DNA of 64,000 nucleotides from Spirochaetia bacterium (GCA_965225855.1 CBDDCK010000001.1:128001-192000); one strand, 5' to 3'; counted from the stretch's first letter, positions 7,685 through 18,271 are shown. The notes: generated from the letters alone by a model not told the origin. Program-made: numbers and translations.

Positions 7685-10411
7685 TTATAACTGTGTTAAA
7701 AAAGCTTGATTACGTTGCAAGGAAACTTGAAAGTCTGCTAATTTCTGCTGTTCTTCAGCTACCACTTCTTTCGGGGCACGTTCTAAAAATTGTTCATTAT
7801 TGAGTTTACTTACAATAGATTTCACAAATTTCTGTTCTTTGGCAATCAATTTGCTCAAACGTTGTTTTTCTTTCGCAACATCGATTAATTCGTGAATATA
7901 CAAACGCACTTCACCTTCTTGTAAGGCATTGCCAATATAGGGTTTATCATGCGGAACCAACAGCATTTGAGCACTGCACAAAGTTTCGATCCAAACTTTT
8001 TGACTACCTAAAAATTCGCTAAATTCCATACTTCCTTCACAAAAAACAATGTCAATGCATTCCTTTGGAGCAAGGCAAAATTCGCTGCGCAAAGTTCGCA
8101 CACAGGTTACCAACTCTTGCAATTGAGCAAAATGCTCTAACAACTGTGGACTAGCAGAAAATTTGGCTTTGCTCTTTTGGCCTCTATCTGGAGTACTAGC
8201 AGGATATAGGGCACAAACCAAAGATTCACTGCGATAATGGGCGGGTAAATACGAATATAATTCTTCACTTAGAAACGAAACAAAAGGATGCAACAAACGC
8301 AAACTGGCTTCCAATATTTCAATCAATTTTGCTGAGGCAGCCAGTTTATTAGGGCCAGCCAATTCTAATTTACTCGCTTCAACATACCAATCACAAAAAT
8401 CGCTCCAAAAAAAATCATAACAAGCACGGCTCATATCGTCAAAGCGGTAACTGGCTCGGCCTTGAGCCACAGAGCGTACGGCATGGGCGAATCGCTGCCA
8501 AATCCACAATTCTGCAACACCGTAATCTAAATTAGGAATATCTTTCAAAGGCGGCAAAGTCGCCGTATCGACATGAAGCAATAAAAAGCGAACTGCATTC
8601 CAAATTTTATTGCAAAAACGCGAGCCAAGCTTAAAACTTTCCATATCCAATGGTAAATCTTGGCCCTGAGTTGAAAGGTAAGATATGGTAAATTTCATGG
8701 CATCGGCCCCGTAATGGGCAATTACATCTAACGGATCGATACCATTACCTAGAGATTTCGACATCTTTCGGCCTTGTTTGTCTCGCACCAACGGTGTTAT
8801 GTAAATATCGCGAAATGGAACTTTGCCCGTAAAATGTAGGCCCGCCATTACCATTCGCGCCACCCAAAAAAATATAATATCATAAGCCGTTACCAAGGTA
8901 CTTGTTGGGTAAAAGCGAGCCAAATCCTCTGTTTGATTGGGCCAGCCCAAAGTAGAAAAAGGCCACAACCAAGAGCTAAACCACGTATCTAGTACATCTT
9001 CGTCTTGATGGATTTCTGGGCTGGTGCAATGCTGGCATTCTATTATATCTTGGCGACTGACGCTAATTTTACCACAAGAATTGCAGTACCAAGCGGGAAT
9101 ACGGTGCCCCCACCATAGTTGGCGTGAAATACACCAATCCCGAATATTGCTCATCCAATGGCGGTAGATATTGGCCCAACGGTTTGGATAAAAGTGAATA
9201 TCACCTTGCTCTAAGGCCTGCAAAGCTGGCTGGGCTAAAGGCTGCATTTTCACAAACCATTGTTCAGACAAATAGGGTTCAATCACGCTATCGCAACGGT
9301 AACAATGCCCAACTTGGTGGTGGTGATTTTTCGATTTAATGAGCAGTCCTTTTTCTTTCAGTGCAGTTAAAACGGCTTTACGCGCTTTGCGGCAGTTTAG
9401 ACCACAAAATTCTTGCGGTACTTCATCATTCAGCGTGCCATCAGGATTTAAAATATTCAACATTGCCAACTCATGCCGCTGGGCAACTCGCCAGTCATTT
9501 GGGTCGTGAGCTGGAGTAATTTTTACCGCACCCGAACCAAAATTCACGTCACAGAAACTATCGGCAATAATGGGAATAGTACGGCCACTCAACGGCAATT
9601 GAACGCGCTGCCCAATCAATTGAGCATAGCGTGGGTCTTCAGGGTGAACGGCCAATGCTTGATCCCCAAACAAAGTTTCTGGCCGTGTGGTAGCCACCAC
9701 AATACCTTTGTAAACCTGACTTTCTCCTTTCTTTTCCAAAACCAAGCTTGCGTTTTCATCGACAAAAGGATAGAGCAATTCGTACAAACTGCCATTTTCT
9801 TCTGTATGCTCCACTTCATCATCGGCCAAAGAAGTGGTGCAAGATGGACACCAGTTGACTAAATACTGACCGCGATAGATCAAACCCTGTTCATAAAGCC
9901 TTACAAAAACTTCAAGCACTGCTTGTGAAAGCCCTTCGTCCATAGTAAAACGTTCGCGGCTCCAATCAACCGAAGCACCCAAACTTTGCAATTGTCTGCG
10001 AATAACAGTATGGTGCTTTTCCTTAACTTTCCAAGTTTCTCTAACAAAAGCATCTCGCCCTAAGTTGTGGCGCGTTTGGCCTTGCTCTTTAAGCTGCCTT
10101 TCTACCACATGTTGAGTCGCTATACCAGCGTGATCAGTTCCAGCTAACCATAGTGTCGCCTTGCCTTTCATTCGTTCATAGCGTATCAAAATATCTTGAA
10201 GGACTCCGTTAAGACCGTGCCCCATGTGAAGCACTCCAGTAACATTCGGTGGCGGTATCACGATAGAATAGCTTGCAAATTCTTCGTTCTTTTCGTTTAA
10301 AGCTTTGCACACCGGTACAAACGCATTTTGCTCTAACCAATGACGATAGATACGCTGTTCAAAATTTGCCGGCTGGTAGTTTTTTGCCAGTTCAATGCTC
10401 TCAATGCTCAT
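7685..10411 (-). CDS. valS: valine--tRNA ligase
   Basis: PPPNVTGVLHMGH, DWCISRQLWWGHRIP, KMSKS, C-terminal coiled coil. Confidence 0.97.
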   Translation of the reverse strand: MSIESIELAKNYQPANFEQRIYRHWLEQNAFVPVCKALNEKNEEFASYSIVIPPPNVTGVLHMGHGLNGVLQDILIRYERMKGKATLWLAGTDHAGIATQHVVERQLKEQGQTRHNLGRDAFVRETWKVKEKHHTVIRRQLQSLGASVDWSRERFTMDEGLSQAVLEVFVRLYEQGLIYRGQYLVNWCPSCTTSLADDEVEHTEENGSLYELLYPFVDENASLVLEKKGESQVYKGIVVATTRPETLFGDQALAVHPEDPRYAQLIGQRVQLPLSGRTIPIIADSFCDVNFGSGAVKITPAHDPNDWRVAQRHELAMLNILNPDGTLNDEVPQEFCGLNCRKARKAVLTALKEKGLLIKSKNHHHQVGHCYRCDSVIEPYLSEQWFVKMQPLAQPALQALEQGDIHFYPNRWANIYRHWMSNIRDWCISRQLWWGHRIPAWYCNSCGKISVSRQDIIECQHCTSPEIHQDEDVLDTWFSSWLWPFSTLGWPNQTEDLARFYPTSTLVTAYDIIFFWVARMVMAGLHFTGKVPFRDIYITPLVRDKQGRKMSKSLGNGIDPLDVIAHYGADAMKFTISYLSTQGQDLPLDMESFKLGSRFCNKIWNAVRFLLLHVDTATLPPLKDIPNLDYGVAELWIWQRFAHAVRSVAQGRASYRFDDMSRACYDFFWSDFCDWYVEASKLELAGPNKLAASAKLIEILEASLRLLHPFVSFLSEELYSYLPAHYRSESLVCALYPASTPDRGQKSKAKFSASPQLLEHFAQLQELVTCVRTLRSEFCLAPKECIDIVFCEGSMEFSEFLGSQKVWIETLCSAQMLLVPHDKPYIGNALQEGEVRLYIHELIDVAKEKQRLSKLIAKEQKFVKSIVSKLNNEQFLERAPKEVVAEEQQKLADFQVSLQRNQAFLTQL

Positions 10412-10578
10412 CGGGAAGTCCTCAAAATAATGGGAATCTACAATTATTCAAAACAGTGCGCAACATAATGAAAACTGCTCTGTTTTGCAGTATGAATCAA
10501 AAGCCAAGTAGAAATTCGTACAGATATTTATTTGCCAAAATCAAAACTTTTCAATAGAATGTTGCACGCTGGTTTGAA

Positions 10579-10652
10579 GCACCCTTAGCTCAGCTGGATA
10601 GAGCAACAGCCTTCTAAGCTGTGGGTCAGAGGTTCAAATCCTCTAGGGTGCG
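10579..10652 (+). tRNA. tRNA-Arg(UCU)
   Basis: GCACCCT/AGGGTGC acceptor stem, anticodon arm ACAGC-CTTCTAA-GCTGT, GGTTCAAATCC T-loop; CCA not encoded. Confidence 0.95.
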
Positions 10653-10658
10653 ATTTTT

Positions 10659-11117
10659 CTAAATATGATTTAATTTATGATAGCGTTCCAAACGCTTGTT
10701 AGTCCAGTTTAGTGCGGTTTTGTTTATATTGTCCGTTAAGCGCATCAACATCTGCTCTTTGTCTACTTTCAATTCACTCAAACTGTTAGGTAAAGTTGAA
10801 CACCCTTCATTGACAGCAAAAATATAAAGAGCTTCCAATTCATACTGAAATAAACCATTGATTTCTTGTTGAAAAGATTTCATAACCATATTTTCGTAAA
10901 GTTCCCACTCGTCAAATTTTTCGGATTGCTGCTGGGCACAATATGCATTCCATACAGATTTCAAACCACAACTGACTGCTTTTATGGAAGTATCTTTATT
11001 GCAACGTAGTAAGTAAATTACCTTCCTTTCGATATGATTGAAAACGCTCTCCCCCAGCTCTAAAATAATTCTATCCACTGAAAGAGTGCGTTGTTCTTGT
11101 TCTGTATAATCTGACAC
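10659..11117 (-). CDS. hypothetical protein
   Basis: 152-aa ORF with GTG start and AAGGG upstream; convergent on tRNA-Arg. Confidence 0.65.
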   Translation of the reverse strand: MSDYTEQEQRTLSVDRIILELGESVFNHIERKVIYLLRCNKDTSIKAVSCGLKSVWNAYCAQQQSEKFDEWELYENMVMKSFQQEINGLFQYELEALYIFAVNEGCSTLPNSLSELKVDKEQMLMRLTDNINKTALNWTNKRLERYHKLNHI

Positions 11118-11166
11118 GATAAATTCCCTTTATTTATAAAAATAGAAAGATGCAAAATAAAAGACA

Positions 11167-12282
11167 TCATTTTAATAACTTTGTTTCCTCTGCGGGCACT
11201 TCTAAACGAAAATTCAGATAAACCCAAACATCTTGAACATAAAAATCTAAAAGCCATTGGTAACGAGTTCCACCAAATTCTGGCGATAGCTTGCTCAAGA
11301 AAGTCCGAGCTGTTGAAGGTGGGCACAATATTTCCACTATCGACCCTTTGGGGCTTTTAGAAACAAAATAGGCAAATGGCATTGGCAATTCGTCTTTGCC
11401 AAAACTGACAATCACATCTTCACTCTGTGCTGGAAGCCCTGCAAAAGCCATGCGCTCTAATTGAATATTTATATCTTCTCCTTCCTGTGCCAATTTACCT
11501 TTGCCCTGTTCTTTCGTACGAGTATAGTAACCAAACGCATCACGTTGCCAACCATCATTTTGTGTTAGTAAATCCCAAGTATCAGGAGCACTTGTACGCA
11601 AATTGTCCAGCCATAATTGATCGAGATTTTCTAAATAAGTTGCCTCTTTTTGACTCAAACTAGCAAGAAAATTTTTGGCAGCCAAACCTTTTGCATATAT
11701 ATCAATAGATTGTAAACCTTTATTTTTTGGCAGACTTTGAATTGTTTCTATATTCGGCTGTTGCTGCAATTCTGCAAAGAACACTAAATTTTGCTGGTCG
11801 CGTACGCCAATATTATCGGAATGATTGAGCACCAAAATATCGCTGCGCAACACGCTACCATTGCGCCAAAAAGCTAAGCCCGGCCGGGGGTTTTCTTTTA
11901 TGGCTATAAAATTTGGTAGACTGTAAATTTTTTCTAGTGGACTTGTAAAAGCTTTACCATAGCTAGCCAACAAGCTTATGGAATCTTTGCCATCGCTAAC
12001 TTTTTGTTTGGAACTGTAATGTAGGGTTGCATATAAGTTTGATTCTTGTTGTGCTATATAAAAAAAGGCCGCTACTAAGCCCGGATATTCTTCATAATTT
12101 AATTTATATACTGCGGATTTTTTACTTACTAACCCTAGGTCAACTTTTGCAAAAAGCCCCTGTTGTAAATTTTCGTGAGCTGGTAATTCTCTAATCCCAA
12201 ATAACAATAAAGCCGCTGCTAGGCATAATGTTGCAAACTCAAATTTAAAATTCTGCATCAAGGAATTTTTATTTATTATCAT
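11167..12282 (-). CDS. exported protein, degenerate cyclophilin-like N-terminus plus FKBP-like C-terminus
   Basis: Signal peptide; GLFAKV..LNYEEYP..V..F resembles a cyclophilin start; GYYTRTKEQGKGKLAQEGE..FGKDELP..KGSIVEILCPP resembles FKBP. Confidence 0.5.
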   Translation of the reverse strand: MIINKNSLMQNFKFEFATLCLAAALLLFGIRELPAHENLQQGLFAKVDLGLVSKKSAVYKLNYEEYPGLVAAFFYIAQQESNLYATLHYSSKQKVSDGKDSISLLASYGKAFTSPLEKIYSLPNFIAIKENPRPGLAFWRNGSVLRSDILVLNHSDNIGVRDQQNLVFFAELQQQPNIETIQSLPKNKGLQSIDIYAKGLAAKNFLASLSQKEATYLENLDQLWLDNLRTSAPDTWDLLTQNDGWQRDAFGYYTRTKEQGKGKLAQEGEDINIQLERMAFAGLPAQSEDVIVSFGKDELPMPFAYFVSKSPKGSIVEILCPPSTARTFLSKLSPEFGGTRYQWLLDFYVQDVWVYLNFRLEVPAEETKLLK

Positions 12283-12304
12283 AATTCTTTTATCACCTTA
12301 AAAA

Positions 12305-13033
12305 TTATTCCCAATCATTCTCAAGAATTTGCGTCCAAGCTTGACTAGCTGCATTTTTTTCGGCTTGTTTTTTATTATTACCCAGCCCACAACCAATTAA
12401 TTTTTTGTTGATGTACAACTTCGATTCAAAACGATATGAATGATCTTTCTTGTCATTGGACAACAATTCTTCTGTTTGATATTGTGGCAGGATTTTATAA
12501 TGCTTCTGCACATATTCTTGCAAACGTAATTTAGCATCTTGAGGCAAATAAGTATCATTTTGGTAACGCTGTAATTGCCCATTCAATAACCGAAGAACAA
12601 ACTCACGAGATTTTTCCAAGCCTTGATCTAAATAACAAGCACCGATCAAAGATTCAACAACATTTGCCAAAACCGAATCTTTATGCTGCCCTCCATCTTG
12701 ACTTTCACCTTTACCCAAAAGAATCAATGGCCCTAAATGAAATTCCCTAGCAACGACTGCCAAAGATTCCGCACTGACAATATAGGATTTTAGCTTAGAT
12801 AACCGACCTTCGTTTCGATACGGGAAATTTCTATAAAGATATTCAGTAACACATAAGTCTAAAACCGAATCACCCAAAAACTCCAGACGCTCATTGTTAT
12901 AGAACTTATTTTGCTGCTCATTAACGTAAGAAGAATGGGATAATGCTAAGCGATATAAATAGGCTTTATCCGGCTCAAAAGTCAGACCAAGTATACTCTC
13001 AATTTTAGCTATTTCCAGACTATTTCCAGCCAT
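12305..13033 (-). CDS. rnc: ribonuclease III
   Basis: NERLEFLGDSVL signature, C-terminal dsRBD (G.G.NKKQAEKNAA). Confidence 0.97.
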   Translation of the reverse strand: MAGNSLEIAKIESILGLTFEPDKAYLYRLALSHSSYVNEQQNKFYNNERLEFLGDSVLDLCVTEYLYRNFPYRNEGRLSKLKSYIVSAESLAVVAREFHLGPLILLGKGESQDGGQHKDSVLANVVESLIGACYLDQGLEKSREFVLRLLNGQLQRYQNDTYLPQDAKLRLQEYVQKHYKILPQYQTEELLSNDKKDHSYRFESKLYINKKLIGCGLGNNKKQAEKNAASQAWTQILENDWE

Positions 13034-13148
13034 CAAAAAATCATAAATGATAAAATATTACTGTTTATTATGGTCGTACAAAAACGGAAAAACAAAAGGC
13101 ATATGGGGAGACACGCCTTTTGCAGCTGCAAACCTTGAGCAAAATTTA

Positions 13149-13394
13149 CTAAAATCCTTTCGCATCACAAATATATTTGAATGCATCACCCACCGTTTCA
13201 AAACTTGCTGCTTTTTCATCTTCAATTTGAATTTCTAATTCAGACTGAATAGCAAATAACAACTCGTATGTATCCAGGCTATCGGCACCAAGGTCTTCAC
13301 GGAAACGAGCAATCTCAGTAACTTTTGTCTCCTCTACTTCCAATTTTTCAACTACTAAAGCTTTTAGCTTGTAATACAGTTCATCTTTCGTCAT
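13149..13394 (-). CDS. acpP: acyl carrier protein
   Basis: DLGADSLD motif; AAGGAG RBS; rpmF-acpP-rnc order. Confidence 0.95.
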   Translation of the reverse strand: MTKDELYYKLKALVVEKLEVEETKVTEIARFREDLGADSLDTYELLFAIQSELEIQIEDEKAASFETVGDAFKYICDAKGF

Positions 13395-13441
13395 GAACAA
13401 CTCCTTTTTTCTGTATTTTTGTAATTATAAAGGTATGAACC

Positions 13442-13621
13442 TTACTCAATGTTTAAAACCTGGCGACCACGGTAATAACCACAAGAAGAGCAAACTCGAT
13501 GCAAAATTTTACTATTGCCACAGTTATTACACGCCACACGATTGATCGCTACAACACGGTTATTGATAGACCGCCTACGGCGTGTACGAGATTTAGAAGA
13601 TTTATGTTTTGGCACTGCCAT
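13442..13621 (-). CDS. rpmF: 50S ribosomal protein L32 (absent from ORF track, 59 aa)
   Basis: Manual translation MAVPKHKSSKSRTRRRRS...CNNCG...HRVCSSCGYYRGRQVLNIE*. Confidence 0.95.
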   Translation of the reverse strand: MAVPKHKSSKSRTRRRRSINNRVVAINRVACNNCGNSKILHRVCSSCGYYRGRQVLNIE

Positions 13622-13881
13622 ATTCGTTTTTGCCTCTCAATCAATAGAATGCTAAGCAATGTAATTATCTAGCTTTGGTCTGTCAATACAAAAATTAAGA
13701 AAGGCGCAGGAAATTGACAGTTTGGTTGCTTTTGTCGTACAAAAAATCTATAACAACTTGGTATTGATGAAAAATTTGGTCCCCCCCTATCTAGCAAACA
13801 AATTGTACAAATCACAAACGAAAAATTCCAAATACAATCGATTAATTAAGTCATCAAACATTACACAGGAAATTTTTTGTC

Positions 13882-16572
13882 CTAGAAATTTTGTGCTGCC
13901 GCATAATCTTGAATATATTGCTGCAGATAGGCAAAATCTCCACGAACAATGTTTGTAGACGGTAGGGACTCTAAGAAGTTGTTACCATAGCGTTTGTGAA
14001 CGATACGAGGGTCTAAAACAACCACCAAGCCTTGATCGGAAGCTCGGCGCATTAAGCGACCAAACCCTTGACGAAAACGCAAAATGGCCTCCGGTAGGCT
14101 ATAGTTTAAAAAAGCATTTTCTCCACGGCGTTCTAGATGCTCGGTATGGGCTGCCACAATTGGGTCATCAGGTGAACGGAACGGTAGACGGCATAATACC
14201 ACTTGCATCAGAGTCGTACCCGGGGCATCAACACCCTCCCAGAACGAATCGGTAGCCAATAGACTTAGCTTTTCATGTTCTTTAAACGATTGAAGCAAGC
14301 GTGTATTATCATAATCACCTTGGCGCAGTATGTCCGAATGGCCAGCATTTAAAAGGAATTCATAGCATTTATTTAGAGCGGTATAAGATGTAAATAATAA
14401 TAAGCTACGGCCTCCCATTACGGCAGTAGCTTGCTGTATGAAACGAGCTATATAGGCATTGTAGTCTTGGCTAATACTGGGATTAGGAGCATCGCTAGCT
14501 AAAAGCAAATGTACATTATTCAGATAGTCAAATGGGGACGCAAAAGTAGCACAACGGACACCTTGAGGAGCTTTTTTTATTGGGTTATCGGTATCCCAGT
14601 CTGGAACAGTATGTTCAATTTGTAGCTTGGTATTATTGTGTGAGTTAAGGTGTTGTAAATCCAAGCCCACGCGGGAAGCCCAGTGATCAAACTGCCCTCG
14701 CACAGTGAGCGTTGCGGAAACTAATATCACACTATGCATCGGCTGATACAAGACTTGTTGTAGCAAACTACCGATATTGATTTGGGTAGTAATTAAAAGG
14801 TGGTAGAGCTCTCCTTTAAAGTTGTGTCGTTCCAGCCAAAAAACGCGCTCGACCTCTTCAGCCTCTTCTATATCTGCTTCCAATTGTGGGGGGTGCTGCC
14901 AATTCAGCCAATGGGATACGACATCACGCATACTTTCAAAACGGCGGGACAATTGCTTCCATTCTAGCAGTATCTTTTGGTCCTGAGCTTCTAATATATC
15001 TTCAAGTAACTCATAAATTTGGCGCAGCGATTGTAACAATACCACAAGTGCAATACCAACATTTTCCAATTGAGGCCAGAGTTGTTGCTTTAGTGCATGC
15101 TGGACAGTTTGAGGCAACAGATTCCATTGTTGCGGAATGCGTAGGTTTTGGCTTTGGCGGTTATACTGCCCAGCTATCAACACTTCCTTGGCTGCTATAT
15201 CTAAGGCCATCAACGCACTTTCTAAATCCTCGGAACAAGCCTGTATATCGGGGAGATTTTCACCATCTTTGGCTTCCAATTCGGCATAAGGGCGCAATTG
15301 GCACCATAGTCCTCGTTCGCGATTATGGCGTTTATAATACAAACGGCGGAGGCTGCGTTGAGCACTAAAACGACTCAAACTTGTAGAAAAAAAGGACTGT
15401 GCACTGCGTTCGATATTATGGGCCTCATCGAGTATTACATGGCGATACGGTGGCAATACCGCTGTTTTCTCGTAGCCAAAATCATGGCCACCACGTAACT
15501 CTAAGTCAGCAAATAGCAAATGGTGATTGACGATCAAAATATGCGCTGCTGCTGCCCGCCGCCGTGCTAAGATAATAAAGCAGCATTCGTGAAATTCACA
15601 ACGAAGACCTAGGCAGTTATCACTTTCTCCGCAGACTTGGTTCCAAACCCCACTCTGTGGACGGAATCCTAAATCACTAATAGAACCATCTTTGGTTAAG
15701 TTAGCCCATTGCGAAATACTAGATAGTTCCGTACTAAATTGTTGATTACAACCTTCACTATTTAGGCCTAGGTAATTATTTTCCTCTTCTTCGGCTTGCT
15801 TTAGACGCCACCAACATAAGTAATTATTACGGCCTTTCACTAATTCGGCTTTCAAGTCATCTAAGCCGCTGATTTCTTGAATCAAGGGTATGTCTTTTTC
15901 GATTAGTTGTTGCTGTAAGTTTATGGTTGCCGTAGAGACCACAACCCGCTGCTTGTTGCCTACAGACCAAAAGGCCGCCGGCAGCAAATAAGCAAAAGAC
16001 TTGCCAATGCCAGTACCTCCCTCGGCAACGACAATCTCACTCTCATTAAAACCATTGCTAACTAGGCGCAGTAACTCTTGTTGCGTAGGTCTCTGTTCGT
16101 ATTCAATGCCCTTTTTATGAATCTTTTTCGCTAAAGGCCCTTCAGGCCCAAGTAGCGCACTAAGCTCATTTAAGTCTAGTAATTGCTGCTCAGTCTCCCG
16201 CAGTGGTTTGGCAACCACACAAATACAAGATAAACGATTGTCGACAATATAAAAACCAATGCCTTGCATAGCCAGATCGCCAGCAATCGGCATATCGGCA
16301 TCGCTAGGCTGCACACCACCAGAAGGATGATTGTGCAATACCACATCGCCACGTTCCATATAGGGGAAGTAGGCTAGTACTCTATCTTCATTACCGCAAG
16401 CAGCTGCTTCGACAAAGTCTACTAGGTATCCATCTGCCTTTAACTTGCCCCACCATAGCACTTCATCACCACTATTTGCGGCAATATCTTCTATCATCTG
16501 TTCCCGTACGGCAGGGCTTAACAGAGACTCTATATCGTTTAAAGGTGTCAAAAAATCCAGCTTTCTTATCAA
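13882..16572 (-). CDS. DinG/YoaA-family helicase with N-terminal JAB/MPN (RadC-like) domain
   Basis: E..HNHPSG..PSDAD; EGGTGIGKS; Fe-S cysteines; DEAH; SATL; FWEGVD; QGFGRLMR. Confidence 0.9.
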   Translation of the reverse strand: MIRKLDFLTPLNDIESLLSPAVREQMIEDIAANSGDEVLWWGKLKADGYLVDFVEAAACGNEDRVLAYFPYMERGDVVLHNHPSGGVQPSDADMPIAGDLAMQGIGFYIVDNRLSCICVVAKPLRETEQQLLDLNELSALLGPEGPLAKKIHKKGIEYEQRPTQQELLRLVSNGFNESEIVVAEGGTGIGKSFAYLLPAAFWSVGNKQRVVVSTATINLQQQLIEKDIPLIQEISGLDDLKAELVKGRNNYLCWWRLKQAEEEENNYLGLNSEGCNQQFSTELSSISQWANLTKDGSISDLGFRPQSGVWNQVCGESDNCLGLRCEFHECCFIILARRRAAAAHILIVNHHLLFADLELRGGHDFGYEKTAVLPPYRHVILDEAHNIERSAQSFFSTSLSRFSAQRSLRRLYYKRHNRERGLWCQLRPYAELEAKDGENLPDIQACSEDLESALMALDIAAKEVLIAGQYNRQSQNLRIPQQWNLLPQTVQHALKQQLWPQLENVGIALVVLLQSLRQIYELLEDILEAQDQKILLEWKQLSRRFESMRDVVSHWLNWQHPPQLEADIEEAEEVERVFWLERHNFKGELYHLLITTQINIGSLLQQVLYQPMHSVILVSATLTVRGQFDHWASRVGLDLQHLNSHNNTKLQIEHTVPDWDTDNPIKKAPQGVRCATFASPFDYLNNVHLLLASDAPNPSISQDYNAYIARFIQQATAVMGGRSLLLFTSYTALNKCYEFLLNAGHSDILRQGDYDNTRLLQSFKEHEKLSLLATDSFWEGVDAPGTTLMQVVLCRLPFRSPDDPIVAAHTEHLERRGENAFLNYSLPEAILRFRQGFGRLMRRASDQGLVVVLDPRIVHKRYGNNFLESLPSTNIVRGDFAYLQQYIQDYAAAQNF

Positions 16573-16587
16573 TTCTAATTCATAGGA

Positions 16588-17514
16588 TTAACGCAGGTGC
16601 TCATATTTATAAAAATCAGACGCTTGAAGCATATTGTCAAAATGCTGTTCAAAGGCATTTTGTTCTTGGCCTAAAGCGAAATTTTCTAGGTTTAAATAAT
16701 AATTGTTGCCGTCCAATTCCTTTACCAAATAAGGGTATTCTGTTTCATCAAAGTCTTCACAGTTTTCAAATTTTAAGGTAATGGTACCGGGAAAATGGTT
16801 GATATGTCGTAAAAATAAAAGGGCCATATTTTTTACTAAGCAGCCTCTAAACGTCAAGCTCAAATGTAAAATACTGGTACAGCCTTTTACTTGATCGATG
16901 TCAAAATTATAGTTCAAGTTCAAGCAAATTAAATCTATTTTGGTATCACGCAAGTCTGTATCGACAAAGTTTACGCTTGTGGTTTCTACCATAACAGAAT
17001 GTGAAGGGCTGCCACCCCATTGCCGTGCTCTCCCCCGTGTTTTCGTTTGGTAAAACTTTTTTTGTGGGCCTTCATCGAAATACAAACCAAGCCAATGTTT
17101 ATCCAACACACGCAACGAGCCATGGCCGGTTTCTTGATTGGTAGCGTCTTTTTCTAGCTGATTAAATTCACCTAATTCAGCGGTAATATTAGTGCGAGCT
17201 TTTAAAGGGAGCAGCCGTATACGCAGGCTTTCTAAATATTTAATAGTTTGTTCTGTAATTTTAAATAAGTTCTCATCGTTTTCTGGATTTACGTTAGCTT
17301 CTTCCAACTGATTTTGCCTATTACCATCATCACTACAAATTATATCAATTGCCCCCATAACATCTTGCATTGCGGTGCCTACTACTCGATCATTTGAATG
17401 AAGCCGCCTCGCATACTCTAAAGCAAATATATAGGCTAAATTTTTGTCATCGAGTAGGCCGTCTACTAAGGCCTTGCGAATAGATTCTTTCAATATTTTT
17501 TTGTGCTCTGACAT
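16588..17514 (-). CDS. hypothetical protein
   Basis: Long ORF with GAGG RBS, ends 15 bp upstream of the DinG gene; no motif recognised. Confidence 0.7.
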   Translation of the reverse strand: MSEHKKILKESIRKALVDGLLDDKNLAYIFALEYARRLHSNDRVVGTAMQDVMGAIDIICSDDGNRQNQLEEANVNPENDENLFKITEQTIKYLESLRIRLLPLKARTNITAELGEFNQLEKDATNQETGHGSLRVLDKHWLGLYFDEGPQKKFYQTKTRGRARQWGGSPSHSVMVETTSVNFVDTDLRDTKIDLICLNLNYNFDIDQVKGCTSILHLSLTFRGCLVKNMALLFLRHINHFPGTITLKFENCEDFDETEYPYLVKELDGNNYYLNLENFALGQEQNAFEQHFDNMLQASDFYKYEHLR

Positions 17515-17612
17515 CGTTAACCTCACTATTCGTGAAAATATCTATATTATGCTGGCATTTTATTGATAAGTGAGCAAAAAAACATACGTTTATAGTCTTT
17601 TTTATTTTTTAT

Positions 17613-18146
17613 TTAGTGGATTTTGCCTTTTATCACATTCATTGGATTTTGAGACTGGCTAACGCTTGCACAAATTTGCTGTATTTGTTGCTGAATACTC
17701 CATTCAACGGGAATAATCAGTACGTTGCCTTCTTGTTCAGGCTCTTCTAATGCTTCAAACTGGGAGCGCAACATACTAGAACCTGTAAAAAAATGCCCCT
17801 GTTGGTTTTGACGAGCTTCTAAACGTTGCAAAATAGTAGTGAAGAGACCTTGCAAATAACAAATTTGTAACTGGGGTGCCGCTTGGCACAATGTGTTGCG
17901 GTATTGCTTTTTTAAAGCAGAACAAGATAGCACCAAAGTATTTTCACTAGCAAGCAATGTGGCTAAACGCTTTAGCCACGGTTGGCGGTCTGTATCATTT
18001 AAGGGTTGCCCACTGGCCATTTTGGCTACCGCTTCAAAACTGTGGAAATCGTCTGCATCAAAAAAAGGCAGAGCTAATTCTGTTGCTAGAGCTTGCCCAA
18101 CGGAGCTTTTACCGCTACCAGAGACCCCCATAATTAGAATTTTCAT
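17613..18146 (-). CDS. gntK: gluconokinase
   Basis: MGVSGSGKS, DADDFH, GQPLND.DR.PWL, CSALKKQYR, SQFEALEEP. Confidence 0.92.
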   Translation of the reverse strand: MKILIMGVSGSGKSSVGQALATELALPFFDADDFHSFEAVAKMASGQPLNDTDRQPWLKRLATLLASENTLVLSCSALKKQYRNTLCQAAPQLQICYLQGLFTTILQRLEARQNQQGHFFTGSSMLRSQFEALEEPEQEGNVLIIPVEWSIQQQIQQICASVSQSQNPMNVIKGKIH

Positions 18147-18165
18147 AATGTACATAAAAACAGGC

Positions 18166-18198
18166 AGGCAACTTTAAGCGCAAAAAATAAAGTTGCCT
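18166..18198 (-). terminator. hairpin, probable intrinsic terminator/attenuator upstream of gntK
   Basis: AGGCAACTTTA/TAAAGTTGCCT 11-bp IR with T-runs nearby on both strands. Confidence 0.5.
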
Positions 18199-18271
18199 AA
18201 CCTTTTTATTACAATTTTCAATAATGATAATGATTTAACCATAAGCTAATTTGCCCAGGCTGGCGGTAAAG

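Noticed and set aside
18220..18238. Fur box upstream of gntK
   Set aside because: Only a partial match in very AT-rich DNA, and no iron-related gene is adjacent.
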